A DNA stretch of 64,000 nucleotides from an uncultured Solirubrobacterales bacterium (GTDB lineage Bacteria; Actinomycetota; Thermoleophilia; Solirubrobacterales; Solirubrobacteraceae): positions 20,318 through 84,317 of the forward strand of contig CAWCMQ010000013.1 of assembly GCA_963796645.1 (NCBI GenBank), given 5' to 3'. The notes below the pieces were generated by a model. It was not told the DNA's origin, did no database searches, and saw nothing but the letters and a program-made list of their open reading frames with translations. Within the stretch, counting starts at the first letter, position 1; each line of letters opens with the position of its first letter. Below are positions 1-9,713 of the stretch, one piece after another. The position numbers and the translations under genes are program-made.

Positions 1-2
1 CC

Positions 3-779
3 CGGGAGTTCCCCGCGCACGAGCCGATCCACGCCGCGCGCGAGTTGCGCCGCGCCTGGCGGCTGCCGATCGGCCGCATCGACGACCTCACCGCGGTGAT
101 CGAGGGCGCCGCCGGGATCGTGCTCTACGTCGACTTCGGCGCCGACGAGGCGACCGCGGCGTTCATCAGCACCCCCGGCGACGAGCGCATGTGGTTCTTG
201 CTCAACACCCGCGAATACGCCGGCGATCGGCTGCGGCTCAGCCTCGCCCACGAGCTCGGCCACGCCGTCCTGCACCGCCGCCTGCCCAGCTCTGATGAGG
301 CGGAGCAGGAACACGAGGCCTTCCAGTTCGCCGCTGAGCTGTTGCTGCCCGCCGACACGTTTGACAGCGCCGTCCCCTACGACGGGCTCACGCTCGCCAC
401 CGCCCGGAGCCTGAAGGAGACCTACTGGGTCTCCATCCAGGCGATCATCCGCGCCGCCCACGACCGCGGACGCATCACCCGCGCCCGCTACACAAGTTTG
501 TACAAACAGCTGTCCGCGCGGGGTTGGCGAACCGATGAACCGGTCGCCGTCGAGCCCGAGCAGCCGCGACTCTGGCCAGAGATTCTCCGCGTGCACCGCG
601 ACGAGCACGGGTTCAGCGACGGGGATCTCGCCGCCACCGCGCGCGTGACCACGGATGCCCTCACCGACCTGTTTCCCCACGACTTCGTCAGGACCCAACC
701 ACCGCTGCGGCTCGTCCGCTCGAGCGCCGCGACTGGCCCGCATCGAGCACGCGACGCTCCAGGCTCCCGTCGTCGCTGA
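3..779 (+). CDS. ImmA/IrrE family metallo-endopeptidase (5'-truncated by window edge)
   Basis: HExxH zincin motif in RLSLAHELGHAVLH and EHEAFQFAAELLLP. The frame is open from position 3 (REFPAHEPIHAARELRRAW), so the start lies outside the window. Confidence 0.9.
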   Translation, partial: REFPAHEPIHAARELRRAWRLPIGRIDDLTAVIEGAAGIVLYVDFGADEATAAFISTPGDERMWFLLNTREYAGDRLRLSLAHELGHAVLHRRLPSSDEAEQEHEAFQFAAELLLPADTFDSAVPYDGLTLATARSLKETYWVSIQAIIRAAHDRGRITRARYTSLYKQLSARGWRTDEPVAVEPEQPRLWPEILRVHRDEHGFSDGDLAATARVTTDALTDLFPHDFVRTQPPLRLVRSSAATGPHRARDAPGSRRR

Positions 780-848
780 GCCGCCCAATTTGGTTTCTCC
801 CGCTCCGAAGCTGCTCCACAAACCAGAAAGCCGCTGACTTGCTCCCAA

Positions 849-880
849 TGGAGCTAGCCGGACTTGAACCGGCGGACCTC
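849..880 (-). mobile_element. Candidate att scar: 3' half of a tRNA-Ala (T-arm + acceptor 3' strand), not an intact tRNA
   Basis: Minus strand reads GAGGTCC-GCCGG-TTCAAGT-CCGGC-TAGCTCC-A: a perfect 5-bp T-stem with TTC loop, then the tRNA-Ala acceptor 3' strand. No anticodon arm, D arm or GGGGCTA 5' strand upstream. Confidence 0.65.
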
Positions 881-1023
881 CCTGGCGGGCACCACCGCCG
901 TGCGGAGGGCGGTCGAGTGCCTAGTCAACCAGAAAGCATGTGTTACTTACGCGTGAGGCGATTTGCAACGCCGCCGATTACGACAATTAGCTCGAGCGGA
1001 AGGCCACGGTCCAGGCCGGCTCC

Positions 1024-1503
1024 TCATCCACCTGTCAGCAACGCCCGCAGCGTGTGCCACGCCGGCGAACACGGCGACGTCATAAACGCAATGCGCCGAC
1101 GGCCGATACGGCCGCTCACGGAAGCACTCGGGGCGCCGCGGACGATAACGAGGCACTGGACTCGCGGGATCCAGAGGTCGCTGGCATGGTGAGATAGCTC
1201 GCGGCATGCGGCTTCGCGCGCGGGATGGGTTCCGCCCGGCGGCCAGCAGGTCAGACTCCAGCGGTGTGCGGGGCCGCGCTGGCCTGACTCCGGATAGAGA
1301 CCGTGGGGCCGGTACGTGACGTTCAGGCGCACCGATGGCCGAGTGCGCGCGCCACCGGACCCTGAAGCCGTGCTCCGTGAGGACGACGTCGCTGTCGACC
1401 CGCAGCCGGCCACGAACCCGGCCGCGAGAACGACGGCGGCGACGCTCCTAACGCGTGACTGAAAGCTTCGTGGTCGTGGTGTGGGACAGCGTGCCGGCAG
1501 CAC
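1024..1503 (-). CDS. Lipoprotein with SSI (Streptomyces subtilisin inhibitor)-like domain
   Basis: Lipobox FVAG-C and Ser-rich linker. WSLTCWPPGGTHPAREAACREL resembles SSI [23 protein letters not shown]. Second Cys pair QCLVI...SPC. Start codon uncertain (GTG 1503 overlaps the peptidase 3' end). Confidence 0.7.
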   Translation of the reverse strand: MLPARCPTPRPRSFQSRVRSVAAVVLAAGFVAGCGSTATSSSRSTASGSGGARTRPSVRLNVTYRPHGLYPESGQRGPAHRWSLTCWPPGGTHPAREAACRELSHHASDLWIPRVQCLVIVRGAPSASVSGRIGRRRIAFMTSPCSPAWHTLRALLTGG

Positions 1504-3271
1504 CCTTGATCGTAATCGTGAAGCTGCCGAGTGAGGCGCGCGTGGTGGCCGTGAGCTTGAGCGTGGTCGGAGTGCCAGGGGTTGCGGGGTTTGTCGACCA
1601 GGTCGGGGAGACCCCGCCGGGCAGGCCGCTCACGCTCATCGTGGCTGGGCTGGCGAAACCGTTCACCGGATTCACGGTCACCGACAGTTGCGTGGTGCCT
1701 CCGCGGCGCACGGATGCGGTGGACGGAGCGCTGACGGTGAAGTCGGCCTGGCCGGCAGCGACCGGCGCTGTGGCCGTGGAGGTGGCGTAGACAGGCCCCC
1801 CAACGGAATTGCTCGCGCCCACGGTGACTTCGATCGTGTGGCCGACGTCGCTGCTCACGGGTTGATACGTCGAGACGTTGCCGCCAACCGGTGAGCAGGT
1901 ACCGGTCGAGTTGCAGGTCTGCCAGGCGTAGCTGAACGTCGTCGGGGAGTTCGTCCAAGTGCCGGTTGTCGCGGTCAACGTCTGACCGACCACTGGACTG
2001 CCGGTGATCGTGGGCAGGCCCGTGTTCTGCGGAGGCGCGGTCGGAGGCGTGACAGCCCCCGCTCCGTTCGGCGTGCCGATACCTGTCGGACCGTCGTACC
2101 CGGTCAACGCGTTGCACAGGAAGGTGACCGAGCACGTGCCGTTCTTGCCCCCGACCACGTCGAAGAACTGGGACGAATTCATGTATGGGAAACCAAGGCC
2201 TCGAGCCGTGCTGGACAGGGCATCGACGCTGGCCACGACCGGCGAGGCCACGCTCGTCCCGCCGAACACCAGCCAGCCCGAGTAACCCTGATAGGAGAGG
2301 CTGTCGTAAACCGCGACGCCGGTGTTCGGGTCGGCGTCGGCCGAAACGTCGGCGACGACACGGCGAGAGCAGCCGGCGGGGGTCGACTGCCACGCGGGCT
2401 TCGGCTCATACGCCGAGCAACCACTGCCCGCCCCTGACCACGCCGTCTCCGTCCAGCCGCGTGTGTTCGTGGCGGTCTTGGTCAGGCTGGTCCCGCCGAC
2501 CGCGGTTACGTACTGCGAGGCAGCTGGGAACTCCACGCCGTAGCCGTTATCGCCAGAGCTGACGGTGACATTGATACCCGGGTGGTTGTAGTAGCTGGAC
2601 TCATCACTGGTCTCGCCCGAGTACTCGCCGCCGCCATAGCTGTTGGAGATCGCAGACGCGCCGAGGCTGGCCGCGGTGTTGACCGCCTTGCCGAGATCGG
2701 ACATATACGACGAATTCGCTTCCACCAGCAGGATGTTGCAGCCGGGGCAGACGGCGGAAACCATGTCGAGGTCGAGCGAGATCTCCTGGGACCAGCCGCC
2801 ATTGGTGGAGGGATAGGAGGAGGAGCTGCCGTTCTCGTTGACCTGGCGGAAGCATCCGTTCTGAGTGGTGCAGGGCGTCAGGCCATATGTCTGCCGGTAG
2901 ACACCGAGATCGGCCGCAGCGTTCGGGTCGTGGTAGGCGTCGACGATCGCGACCGTCTTGCCCGAACCGCCGCCGGCAGCTACCGCCGACGCCAGGTTGT
3001 AGGCGTTCTGCAGGTCGGAGGGGCCGTAGCCCGGCGGCAGGGTGGCTGCAGTAGCCAATGGTGCGCCGGAAGCGTTCGTGACAACGTCCGCGAGACAGTG
3101 GGCGACGGGCGGCCGGGTCGCGGCGCACACGGCGTGGTGAAAGCGTCCGGAAGCCCCGGGATGAGGAGCGGCGAACGCCGACGGGCTCAGCACGAGCATG
3201 GCCACCGAGGTCAGCAACAGAACGCGCAAGCGCGAAGAGCGGCACCAACCATGAACGAAACCTCGAAGCAT
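1448..3271 (-). CDS. Secreted S53 (sedolisin-like) serine peptidase with C-terminal Ig-like domains
   Basis: Signal peptide. Catalytic E-x3-D (QEISLDLD), oxyanion SSGDNG, nucleophile GGTSVASP, Ca-site YDGPTGIGTP, then beta-rich C-terminal modules. Confidence 0.9.
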   Translation of the reverse strand: MLRGFVHGWCRSSRLRVLLLTSVAMLVLSPSAFAAPHPGASGRFHHAVCAATRPPVAHCLADVVTNASGAPLATAATLPPGYGPSDLQNAYNLASAVAAGGGSGKTVAIVDAYHDPNAAADLGVYRQTYGLTPCTTQNGCFRQVNENGSSSSYPSTNGGWSQEISLDLDMVSAVCPGCNILLVEANSSYMSDLGKAVNTAASLGASAISNSYGGGEYSGETSDESSYYNHPGINVTVSSGDNGYGVEFPAASQYVTAVGGTSLTKTATNTRGWTETAWSGAGSGCSAYEPKPAWQSTPAGCSRRVVADVSADADPNTGVAVYDSLSYQGYSGWLVFGGTSVASPVVASVDALSSTARGLGFPYMNSSQFFDVVGGKNGTCSVTFLCNALTGYDGPTGIGTPNGAGAVTPPTAPPQNTGLPTITGSPVVGQTLTATTGTWTNSPTTFSYAWQTCNSTGTCSPVGGNVSTYQPVSSDVGHTIEVTVGASNSVGGPVYATSTATAPVAAGQADFTVSAPSTASVRRGGTTQLSVTVNPVNGFASPATMSVSGLPGGVSPTWSTNPATPGTPTTLKLTATTRASLGSFTITIKGAAGTLSHTTTTKLSVTR

Positions 3272-3553
3272 CTAGCCCCCTGTGAACGGGATTGAAACGG
3301 AGGAGCGTCCGATGCTCCTCGGCCTTCCTTGTCCAAAATAGGTTAGACGACAGCGAGCTCAAACGGCGCCGGCGCCCACTCCGAGGGGCACCCGTAGCGC
3401 AGCGCCCGCCCAGCGGCCACCGGATGAGTGATCAGGCTGTCCTCGCCGCATGGGTACGAGTGGTTCTGATGCCTGGCGTGGGCGAGACCCAGAAGGGTTC
3501 TGAGCGTCATTTCTGCATCGATGCCGTCGCGCAGGCCGTGAGATACTCACAGC

Positions 3554-4015
3554 GTGCCGACAGGCTGGCGCAGCGACGGTGTCCGGGTGGTTCGCAGCGA
3601 CGAGCTGGACCTCAACACGCCGCAGACGCCGGGGATGACGCGCGCGGCAGCTATCACGACCGCCCGCACCGGCGCCGAGAAGCTGTGGGCGGGCACGGTG
3701 GTCATCGAGCCCGACGCAAAGACGGGCGCGCACCACCACGGTCCGGTCGAAAGCGTCATCTACGTCGTGTCCGGCCGCGCGCGGATGCGCTGGGGCGAGC
3801 GCTTGGAGTACGTCGCGGAGGCCGGGCCTGGCGATTTCATCTACGTCCCGCCATATGTTCCCCATCAGGAGATCAATGCCGAGCCGTCGGAGCCGCTCTC
3901 GTGCGTCCTCGCGCGCTCGGGCCAAGAGCCGGTCGTCGTCAATCTCGACCTCGCCGAGGTCGAGCCGAACCCGCAGCAAGTCCACTGGGTCGACGACATC
4001 CATTCGGCGCCCTGA
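3554..4015 (+). CDS. Cupin domain protein
   Basis: Cupin motifs GAHHHGPVESVIYVVSG and GPGDFIYVPPYVPHQEIN. The true start may be slightly downstream. Confidence 0.9.
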   Translation: MPTGWRSDGVRVVRSDELDLNTPQTPGMTRAAAITTARTGAEKLWAGTVVIEPDAKTGAHHHGPVESVIYVVSGRARMRWGERLEYVAEAGPGDFIYVPPYVPHQEINAEPSEPLSCVLARSGQEPVVVNLDLAEVEPNPQQVHWVDDIHSAP

Positions 4016-4117
4016 CGCTTGCTGTCCCCAGCCGTAGCTGACCGCCACCAAGACCCTGTCGTGGCACCTGCGGCGCACGACGCGGTGGCGCATTTTCTCC
4101 GGGGTGCGCCTCGGGAC

Positions 4118-4981
4118 TCAGCCGGGCATCTTCGCGAGCACGGCGCGGGCCACGTGTATCTCGGCGGCCATATCAGCGGCCTGCGACCCACCGAGGTTGA
4201 CCACTACCTCGATGCCGACGTTCCCCTTGACGGCGACCAGGCCGCTGCCGGGTGTGGGGGCGTGGGCCGGAACGCCCAACCCGCTGATGGCCGGGGACTG
4301 CCAGGACGACTCCGACTCGGTCGTTGCTCCGTCCCCTACATCCAGCGAAACCAGATTCAGCTCGTTGGTTTGGTAGCTGCAGAACGTGTCGAACGAACTC
4401 TGCCGCGTGAGCTGTGCGCGCCCGGCCCCACGGCCCAGCACGCCCCTCGCGATCGCGCGAGTCAGTAGGACGCACGCCGACGGGAACGCGGCGGAGAGCG
4501 GCGGGAGCGCCGTCGGCGGCGGGGGGCAGTCGACCGTCACGCTGAGCTTCGCTCCGTTGATGTTCGCGCTCCAATGCAGCGCGTGGGCAGTTCGGACAGG
4601 TCCGGCCGCCAAGTGGTAGAGGACCCCGGCCGACAAAAGATATGCGTCATGCCCGCTATAGCGAAAGTCGAGCGGAAGCCCGTAAGGGTCTTCGGTGCTG
4701 AAATAGTGTCCACGACAGCCGAGTGGTCCGCTGTAGTCAATTGGCGGTGCGTCCTGCTGGTGAACAGTCGCCTTGCCGCTCTCTGTGACGGAAATGACGC
4801 GACCCCGGACGTTGAAGGTCGCTGTGTCGCCGCTTGCTGCCCCACCGCACCCACTGAGGGCAAGAACACCGAGCGTGGCCACGATCGACGTCACACGCAG
4901 ACGGCGTCGCACCGGCCGAACGATACAACCCTCAGGCTCCCTCCAGAACCGCCTCCACGTGGCACATCCGACCGGCTCCAC
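4118..4981 (-). CDS. Hypothetical lipoprotein
   Basis: Lipobox LALSG-C after a basic/hydrophobic leader. No family recognised; start uncertain. Confidence 0.65.
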   Translation of the reverse strand: MEPVGCATWRRFWREPEGCIVRPVRRRLRVTSIVATLGVLALSGCGGAASGDTATFNVRGRVISVTESGKATVHQQDAPPIDYSGPLGCRGHYFSTEDPYGLPLDFRYSGHDAYLLSAGVLYHLAAGPVRTAHALHWSANINGAKLSVTVDCPPPPTALPPLSAAFPSACVLLTRAIARGVLGRGAGRAQLTRQSSFDTFCSYQTNELNLVSLDVGDGATTESESSWQSPAISGLGVPAHAPTPGSGLVAVKGNVGIEVVVNLGGSQAADMAAEIHVARAVLAKMPG

Positions 4982-5236
4982 CGCGGCGCATCCCGGCAGC
5001 GCCGCCCGACCAGGCGTGCCGAAGCGTCGTCAACCGAGTGGTCAGGCACCGTCGAGCCCGCGGAACGCTACCCGTAGGCCAGCGCCTGCGGGAACGCCCA
5101 GCCACGCGCCTATCCCTTTTGAACATCGGGAGCGCGCCGCCGCCGCCGATTGCATCGGCGACACCCCGTAGTTCTGCCTCTACATGCACCGCGTCGCAGG
5201 GCCACGCTTCGCCACAGTCGCGGGTAAGCTCGCGAC

Positions 5237-5692
5237 ATGGCTCCCTCGTTCGTCCCGGATGACTACGTCGTTCCGCTGCATCTCGCCGGTCCGGGCTTCC
5301 GCTTGGAGCCGCTCGGACCGCAGCACAACGACGCCGACCACCGCGCGTGGACGACGAGCATCGAGCACATTCGCGCCACCCCAGGCTTTTCCACCAGGAG
5401 ATGGCCACCCGCCGGCGGAATGTCACCTGACGAGAACCTCCGCGACCTGCGAGCCCATGCCGAGGACTTCAGGCGACGCGTCGGCTTCACGTACACCGTC
5501 CTCGATGACGAAGACGTCGTCGTCGGCTGCGTCTACATCTACCCCTCACGGACAGACCCCGGCATCACCGAGGTGCGGTCTTGGGTCAGCGCAGATCGGG
5601 CGGAACTGGACTCCCTGCTGCACGAAACCGTGGACAGCTGGCTCGCCGCCGACTGGCCGTTCACCGACGTCAGATACCGCACGCGCGTCTAG
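5237..5692 (+). CDS. GNAT-like N-acetyltransferase family protein
   Basis: ATG start. Pattern FRLEPLGPQHNDAD...GFTYTVLD...VGCVYIYP...VRSWV is typical of RimJ-like actinobacterial proteins. Confidence 0.65.
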   Translation: MAPSFVPDDYVVPLHLAGPGFRLEPLGPQHNDADHRAWTTSIEHIRATPGFSTRRWPPAGGMSPDENLRDLRAHAEDFRRRVGFTYTVLDDEDVVVGCVYIYPSRTDPGITEVRSWVSADRAELDSLLHETVDSWLAADWPFTDVRYRTRV

Positions 5693-5776
5693 TCAGCGCC
5701 GCCTGACGTGGTGCGTCGGGAGGATGAAGGCGATCGTGGCGGGAGGACGGTCAGCCGGGCGCCCGTCTCGCCGCTA

Positions 5777-7219
5777 CTAGGTGACGATTGCGAACGTCAG
5801 CCGCGCGAACGTTGAGCCGAGGCCCGGTGTGTTCGCGGTGATGACGAGTATGTATTTGCCGGGCTTCAGCTTGATGGAGGTCGAAACGCGACCCTGGAAT
5901 CGAACCGTGTTCAGGCCCGCGTGCCCGGCGAAGCTGAACGAGCCCCGAGGTACCGTGCGCGCGCACGCGTGGGCGTGCTTATTGCCATTCGTCCTCGCCA
6001 CGCACTTGCCGTGCACCCTCCGGCCCGGCTCTGATCGCATGAAGTCGAGGTGCACCCTCGCTGACCCGCCGAGAAGAAACCGGAACGTCGTCCCGACCGG
6101 AGGCTGCTTCTTGGTGAACGTCGCAAGCTTGGGGTTGCGCGGTTCGCGCCACCTCTCGTGTGACTGCGCGGCGCTCCCGATGCCGAGCACGGCGGCTGTC
6201 GTGCTCGAGGAGTTGTTGGCTGGATTCGGGTCGCCGGCGCCGCTCGCATCGTGTCCTGCCGTGTCGAGTGTCGCGCTGCTGACCGTCACCCTGTCGGTCT
6301 TGGATCCGATGCTGGTCATCCTGACGACGAGCCTGACCGTCGCCGTGGCCCCGCTGGCCAGCGTGCCGAGGTTGCAGCTCGCGGTCGAGCTGCCAACGCA
6401 CGACCCGTCGCTCGACCTCGCCGACACGACAGTTGAACCCGGCGCAAGCCTGTCCGTGAGCACGACGTTCGGAGCCGGGTCCGGCCCGTTGTTCGCTGCG
6501 GTCAGCGTGTCGGTCACCGTACCGCCGCGCAGCACGGCACCTGTGCTCGCCGCCTCCGTGATCGACAGGTCGGCCTTCGGGCAGCCCTGCACCGAGCCGG
6601 ACACACCGACGCATTTGTCCTGTGTCTCGTCGCCCCAGCCGTCGTGATCGGCATCAGGCTCGACTCGTGCGCTGACGTTGTACGCCTCACCGGAGCTGGT
6701 TTCGGGAATGCCGGTAAACGTCGTGTTGGGTGCAGGATCAGCGCTCGGAAGGTAGGCGTCCGTATTCCCAGTTGTGTGAGTACTCACCACGCAGTCGTCG
6801 CCGTCGAACGTGAAGAGGCCGAGAAGATCTCCGGCATGCACGGGGATCCGGACCAAAAAGGTGTTCAGAGTGCTCGGCGTCATCGTCTCAAGCGCGCTTT
6901 CGCCGACGACGAAGAACTGGTTCGCGGTTCCGGTGGGTCGCACCACCTTCAACTTGTCCTGCTCAGCCGCGGTACTTCCCGCAGCGAAGCTCCAAGACGT
7001 GATCACCCCGCCGCCGGTCGGCACGGCGTAGCTCGGAACGCTTGGGGCGGTCCCAGTCTGGACGAACGTATTTCCCGCGCCGCACGTCCCCGCCACGCTC
7101 GCGCCGTTCTGACCGATAGTCGTCGCAGCAGATGCCGGGCCAGCCACCACCGCCAAAAGACACCCCGAAAGTCCCGCAGCCAGAGCGCCACGCCTCAGCC
7201 GACTCATGTGATTACGCAT
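5777..7219 (-). CDS. Secreted DUF11 (Ig-like) domain protein
   Basis: ATG at 7219 with GGAG upstream and a signal peptide (LLAVVAGPASA). DUF11 signature ADLSITEAAS...TLTAANNGPDPAPNVVLTD...CNLGTLASG...DPNPANNS. Confidence 0.8.
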   Translation of the reverse strand: MRNHMSRLRRGALAAGLSGCLLAVVAGPASAATTIGQNGASVAGTCGAGNTFVQTGTAPSVPSYAVPTGGGVITSWSFAAGSTAAEQDKLKVVRPTGTANQFFVVGESALETMTPSTLNTFLVRIPVHAGDLLGLFTFDGDDCVVSTHTTGNTDAYLPSADPAPNTTFTGIPETSSGEAYNVSARVEPDADHDGWGDETQDKCVGVSGSVQGCPKADLSITEAASTGAVLRGGTVTDTLTAANNGPDPAPNVVLTDRLAPGSTVVSARSSDGSCVGSSTASCNLGTLASGATATVRLVVRMTSIGSKTDRVTVSSATLDTAGHDASGAGDPNPANNSSSTTAAVLGIGSAAQSHERWREPRNPKLATFTKKQPPVGTTFRFLLGGSARVHLDFMRSEPGRRVHGKCVARTNGNKHAHACARTVPRGSFSFAGHAGLNTVRFQGRVSTSIKLKPGKYILVITANTPGLGSTFARLTFAIVT

Positions 7220-7434
7220 GCTCCCCTGCTCCCTTACGCGACGATTTTCGATCCACATCGACGCCCGTTGCGCCAGCGCGCAGCCCCTGGGCAAAGCTAT
7301 CAAGAGCGATCGAGACTCGCTTCACGACCACAAGGAGAGGGGAGGGACCTGATCGATCAGGAACCAGGACGCCGCGACCCGGTGTGAGGACCGTTTCAGC
7401 GGTCCGCAGCCGAGCCGCGGCGACCGGATCACTC

Positions 7435-8058
7435 TCAGCGGTCGTTCTTGCGTTCGGCCTTCGTGCGGCCGGCGGCTTCGCGTAGCCGGCGAGCCTCGTC
7501 GGCGGCCGTGATTGCCTGCTCCTTCTTGCGAAGGGCGTCGGCCTTGGCGTCGAGCGTGTCCAACCGCGCCTTGGGCGCACGCTCATCGATGGCCTGATCG
7601 CCACGAACCTCGGCCTTGCGGCTCGCGTCGAGACGCTTGTCCTCAGCCTGGACGGCGCGACGAGTCTTCTGCTCGCGCACCTTCGCAGCCTGCTCGCGCC
7701 GGGTGCTGGCGCGCCGGTTGGCCTGCTCGCGCTGGCGCGAGGCCTGGGCTTCGCGCTGGTCGAGGCGCGAATCGGCCTCTTCGCGCTTGCGTTCGGCCGC
7801 ACCGCGCAACCGAAGCGCGCGTTTGCGCTCGTCTGCAGCTGCCTGCCGCTGCTCTGCATCCTCACGCAGCAACGAATCGCCAAATAGGTTGGCGAGCAGT
7901 GCGCGCAGGGAAGCGTCGGCGCGGTCGACGAACCACCTCGCGGTCGGGGCCGCGCCGGTCCCGTTTCCGGGGAGCCGCTGGATCGCCGCATCAAGCGGGA
8001 GCCGAATGAGCTTCAAATAGCTGTCAACCGTCGCTCCGGGAATGTCACTCACGTTCAC
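7435..8058 (-). CDS. Coiled-coil hypothetical protein, CsbD-linked
   Basis: GTGA 4-nt overlap with the csbD-like stop. Ala/Arg/Glu-rich helical sequence. Confidence 0.75.
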   Translation of the reverse strand: MNVSDIPGATVDSYLKLIRLPLDAAIQRLPGNGTGAAPTARWFVDRADASLRALLANLFGDSLLREDAEQRQAAADERKRALRLRGAAERKREEADSRLDQREAQASRQREQANRRASTRREQAAKVREQKTRRAVQAEDKRLDASRKAEVRGDQAIDERAPKARLDTLDAKADALRKKEQAITAADEARRLREAAGRTKAERKNDR

Positions 8059-8564
8059 TGGTTCTCCTTAGGGTCGATGGTGTCCGCTGCTGCCTCCGCA
8101 CGACGCGCCTGCTGGTCGAGCCGAATGGACTCCTCGGCGACAGCGACACGCTCACGCTCAGCGCGCTGCTCTGTACTCGCCGCTGCGGACTCTTCCGCCT
8201 TGCGCTGAGTCTCTGCAGCCGCCTGTTGGCGTTGCGCCTCGGACTGGGCATCGCGCTCGGCGTCCTGCCTCTCATGTTCGATCCGCTGCTCGCGCTGTTG
8301 CGCTGCCACCTCGTTCTGCAGGCGGTCGCGCTCGATCTCGGTCTCAGTCCGATCCGCCTCGAGCGAAGCGGCTTCCTCGCGCTGCCTTGCCTCGGCAGCC
8401 TCGCGGTGTGCGGTGGCCTCAGCGTCCACCTGGGCCTGCTGGAGCCGACCCTCACGGGACAGCTCGTCGTTTCCTACGACGGAGCCCGCGGCTTCCTTAG
8501 CCTTACCCGCAAGCTTGCCGACAAGGCCGCCCGCGGTCCGTTCAGGATTCTGTTGGTCTGTCAA
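8055..8564 (-). CDS. CsbD family stress protein with coiled-coil extension
   Basis: N-terminal KLAGKAKEAAGSVVGNDELSREGRLQQ matches the CsbD pattern. Confidence 0.8.
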   Translation of the reverse strand: MTDQQNPERTAGGLVGKLAGKAKEAAGSVVGNDELSREGRLQQAQVDAEATAHREAAEARQREEAASLEADRTETEIERDRLQNEVAAQQREQRIEHERQDAERDAQSEAQRQQAAAETQRKAEESAAASTEQRAERERVAVAEESIRLDQQARRAEAAADTIDPKENQ

Positions 8565-8631
8565 AACGTCACATCTCTTTCAATTGGTTGGGGGGGAAAT
8601 CGATCAGCGCACGGCCGGCGCCGCAGAGCGG

Positions 8632-9285
8632 CTACCGCTGGTAAGCCAATGCGTCGACCTTCCCGTGATAGCGCCGTCCAGCCTTGCCACCGAGGGTCGA
8701 GACCAGCAGCGTGCCGAGGAGGATCGCCGCAAGTGCGATCGCGCCACCCGTGGCGAGATCTCCCTCTTTGATCGGGATTCTCGGCAGATTCAGCGCCGTG
8801 AGGACGTTGTACTTCGATCCGAGAATGACACCCGCGGCTGCGAACAGCAGCGTGATCAGTATCCCGAGTGCCCACACACCAAATCCTTGACGCCCGCCGT
8901 CAAAGCGCGACATCCGGCCGGCCACGTATCCGCCCGAGTAATACGCGAGCAGCAACACGAGCAGGAGTGCGATGCCGCCACCGATCCCGATCGTCCCGGC
9001 ATTCTTGGTGAGCTCGTTGCTACTGGCATTCGTTAGCCCAATCGCCGCGCCGGCAGCGCTGACGATGGCAATCAGGACCACGGCCATGCCGGTCGCAACC
9101 AGCCAGCCAAAGAAGGCTGCGCCCCAGTTGAATCCGCCGAACTCCTCCCGCTGGGCGCGAACCCCAGCTGCAGGATCACGCTCGCCGCTGGGCGCCGGTT
9201 GCTCGTTACGCAGGCCGCCCTGCGGCTCATCATTTAGTACAGCGCCGTTTCCGGCTCGCTGGGTTGTGTCCTCTTGTCCGATCAT
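8632..9285 (-). CDS. Four-TM hypothetical membrane protein
   Basis: FNWGAAFFGWLVA followed by four hydrophobic segments. ATG preceded by GGAGG. Confidence 0.8.
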   Translation of the reverse strand: MIGQEDTTQRAGNGAVLNDEPQGGLRNEQPAPSGERDPAAGVRAQREEFGGFNWGAAFFGWLVATGMAVVLIAIVSAAGAAIGLTNASSNELTKNAGTIGIGGGIALLLVLLLAYYSGGYVAGRMSRFDGGRQGFGVWALGILITLLFAAAGVILGSKYNVLTALNLPRIPIKEGDLATGGAIALAAILLGTLLVSTLGGKAGRRYHGKVDALAYQR

Positions 9286-9580
9286 GCTTAACCTCCGGTT
9301 CTCGTGATCTGTGGTGCGTAGACCGTCTGGTCACGCTTCAAAGCCGTCAGCCCGTAGTCCGCAGCGAGCTGCGCTGAGGACGGCGAGGGCCCGACTAGCG
9401 TTGCGACGGGTTCGTCGCTGGCTGCTGGACGTTCTGGGCGGAGCGTTTTGCGCTCTCGCCGCGGGCTTGGCCGTGCTCGTCGGTCCTCTCCTGCGCCCTG
9501 TCCTTGGCGCCTGAGAAGCGAAATACGATCGACGCCAGACGACCCCGAGGGCGGGACCTGAGACATACTTGGTCGCTAAG

Positions 9581-9678
9581 AGAGACAAAGGTCTCTGTTC
9601 GGGTCATCTGATGCATCGTTCCGAGACTATAGCGGCTCACTTAGCGTTAGTCAAGGTAGAAGTGATACAGTTGTCTCA
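9581..9678. promoter_or_regulatory. Two candidate TetR operators (WGA[G/T]AC-N4-GTCTCW)
   Basis: AGAGAC-AAAG-GTCTCT at 9581-9596 is a perfect dyad. TGATAC-AGTT-GTCTCA at 9663-9678 has one mismatch. Both lie upstream of the TetR-PP2C gene. Confidence 0.5.
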
Positions 9679-9713
9679 GTTCCTGAGGCTCCAACGACGA
9701 CCGGAGGGAAGAG

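Noticed and set aside
849-925. Intact tRNA gene
   Set aside because: Only the T-arm and acceptor 3' strand are present. No D-arm, anticodon arm or matching 5' acceptor strand could be folded.
7435-8058. Translation initiation factor IF2 label often attached to such proteins
   Set aside because: There are no GTPase motifs. The similarity would reflect only Ala/Glu/Arg-rich coiled-coil composition.
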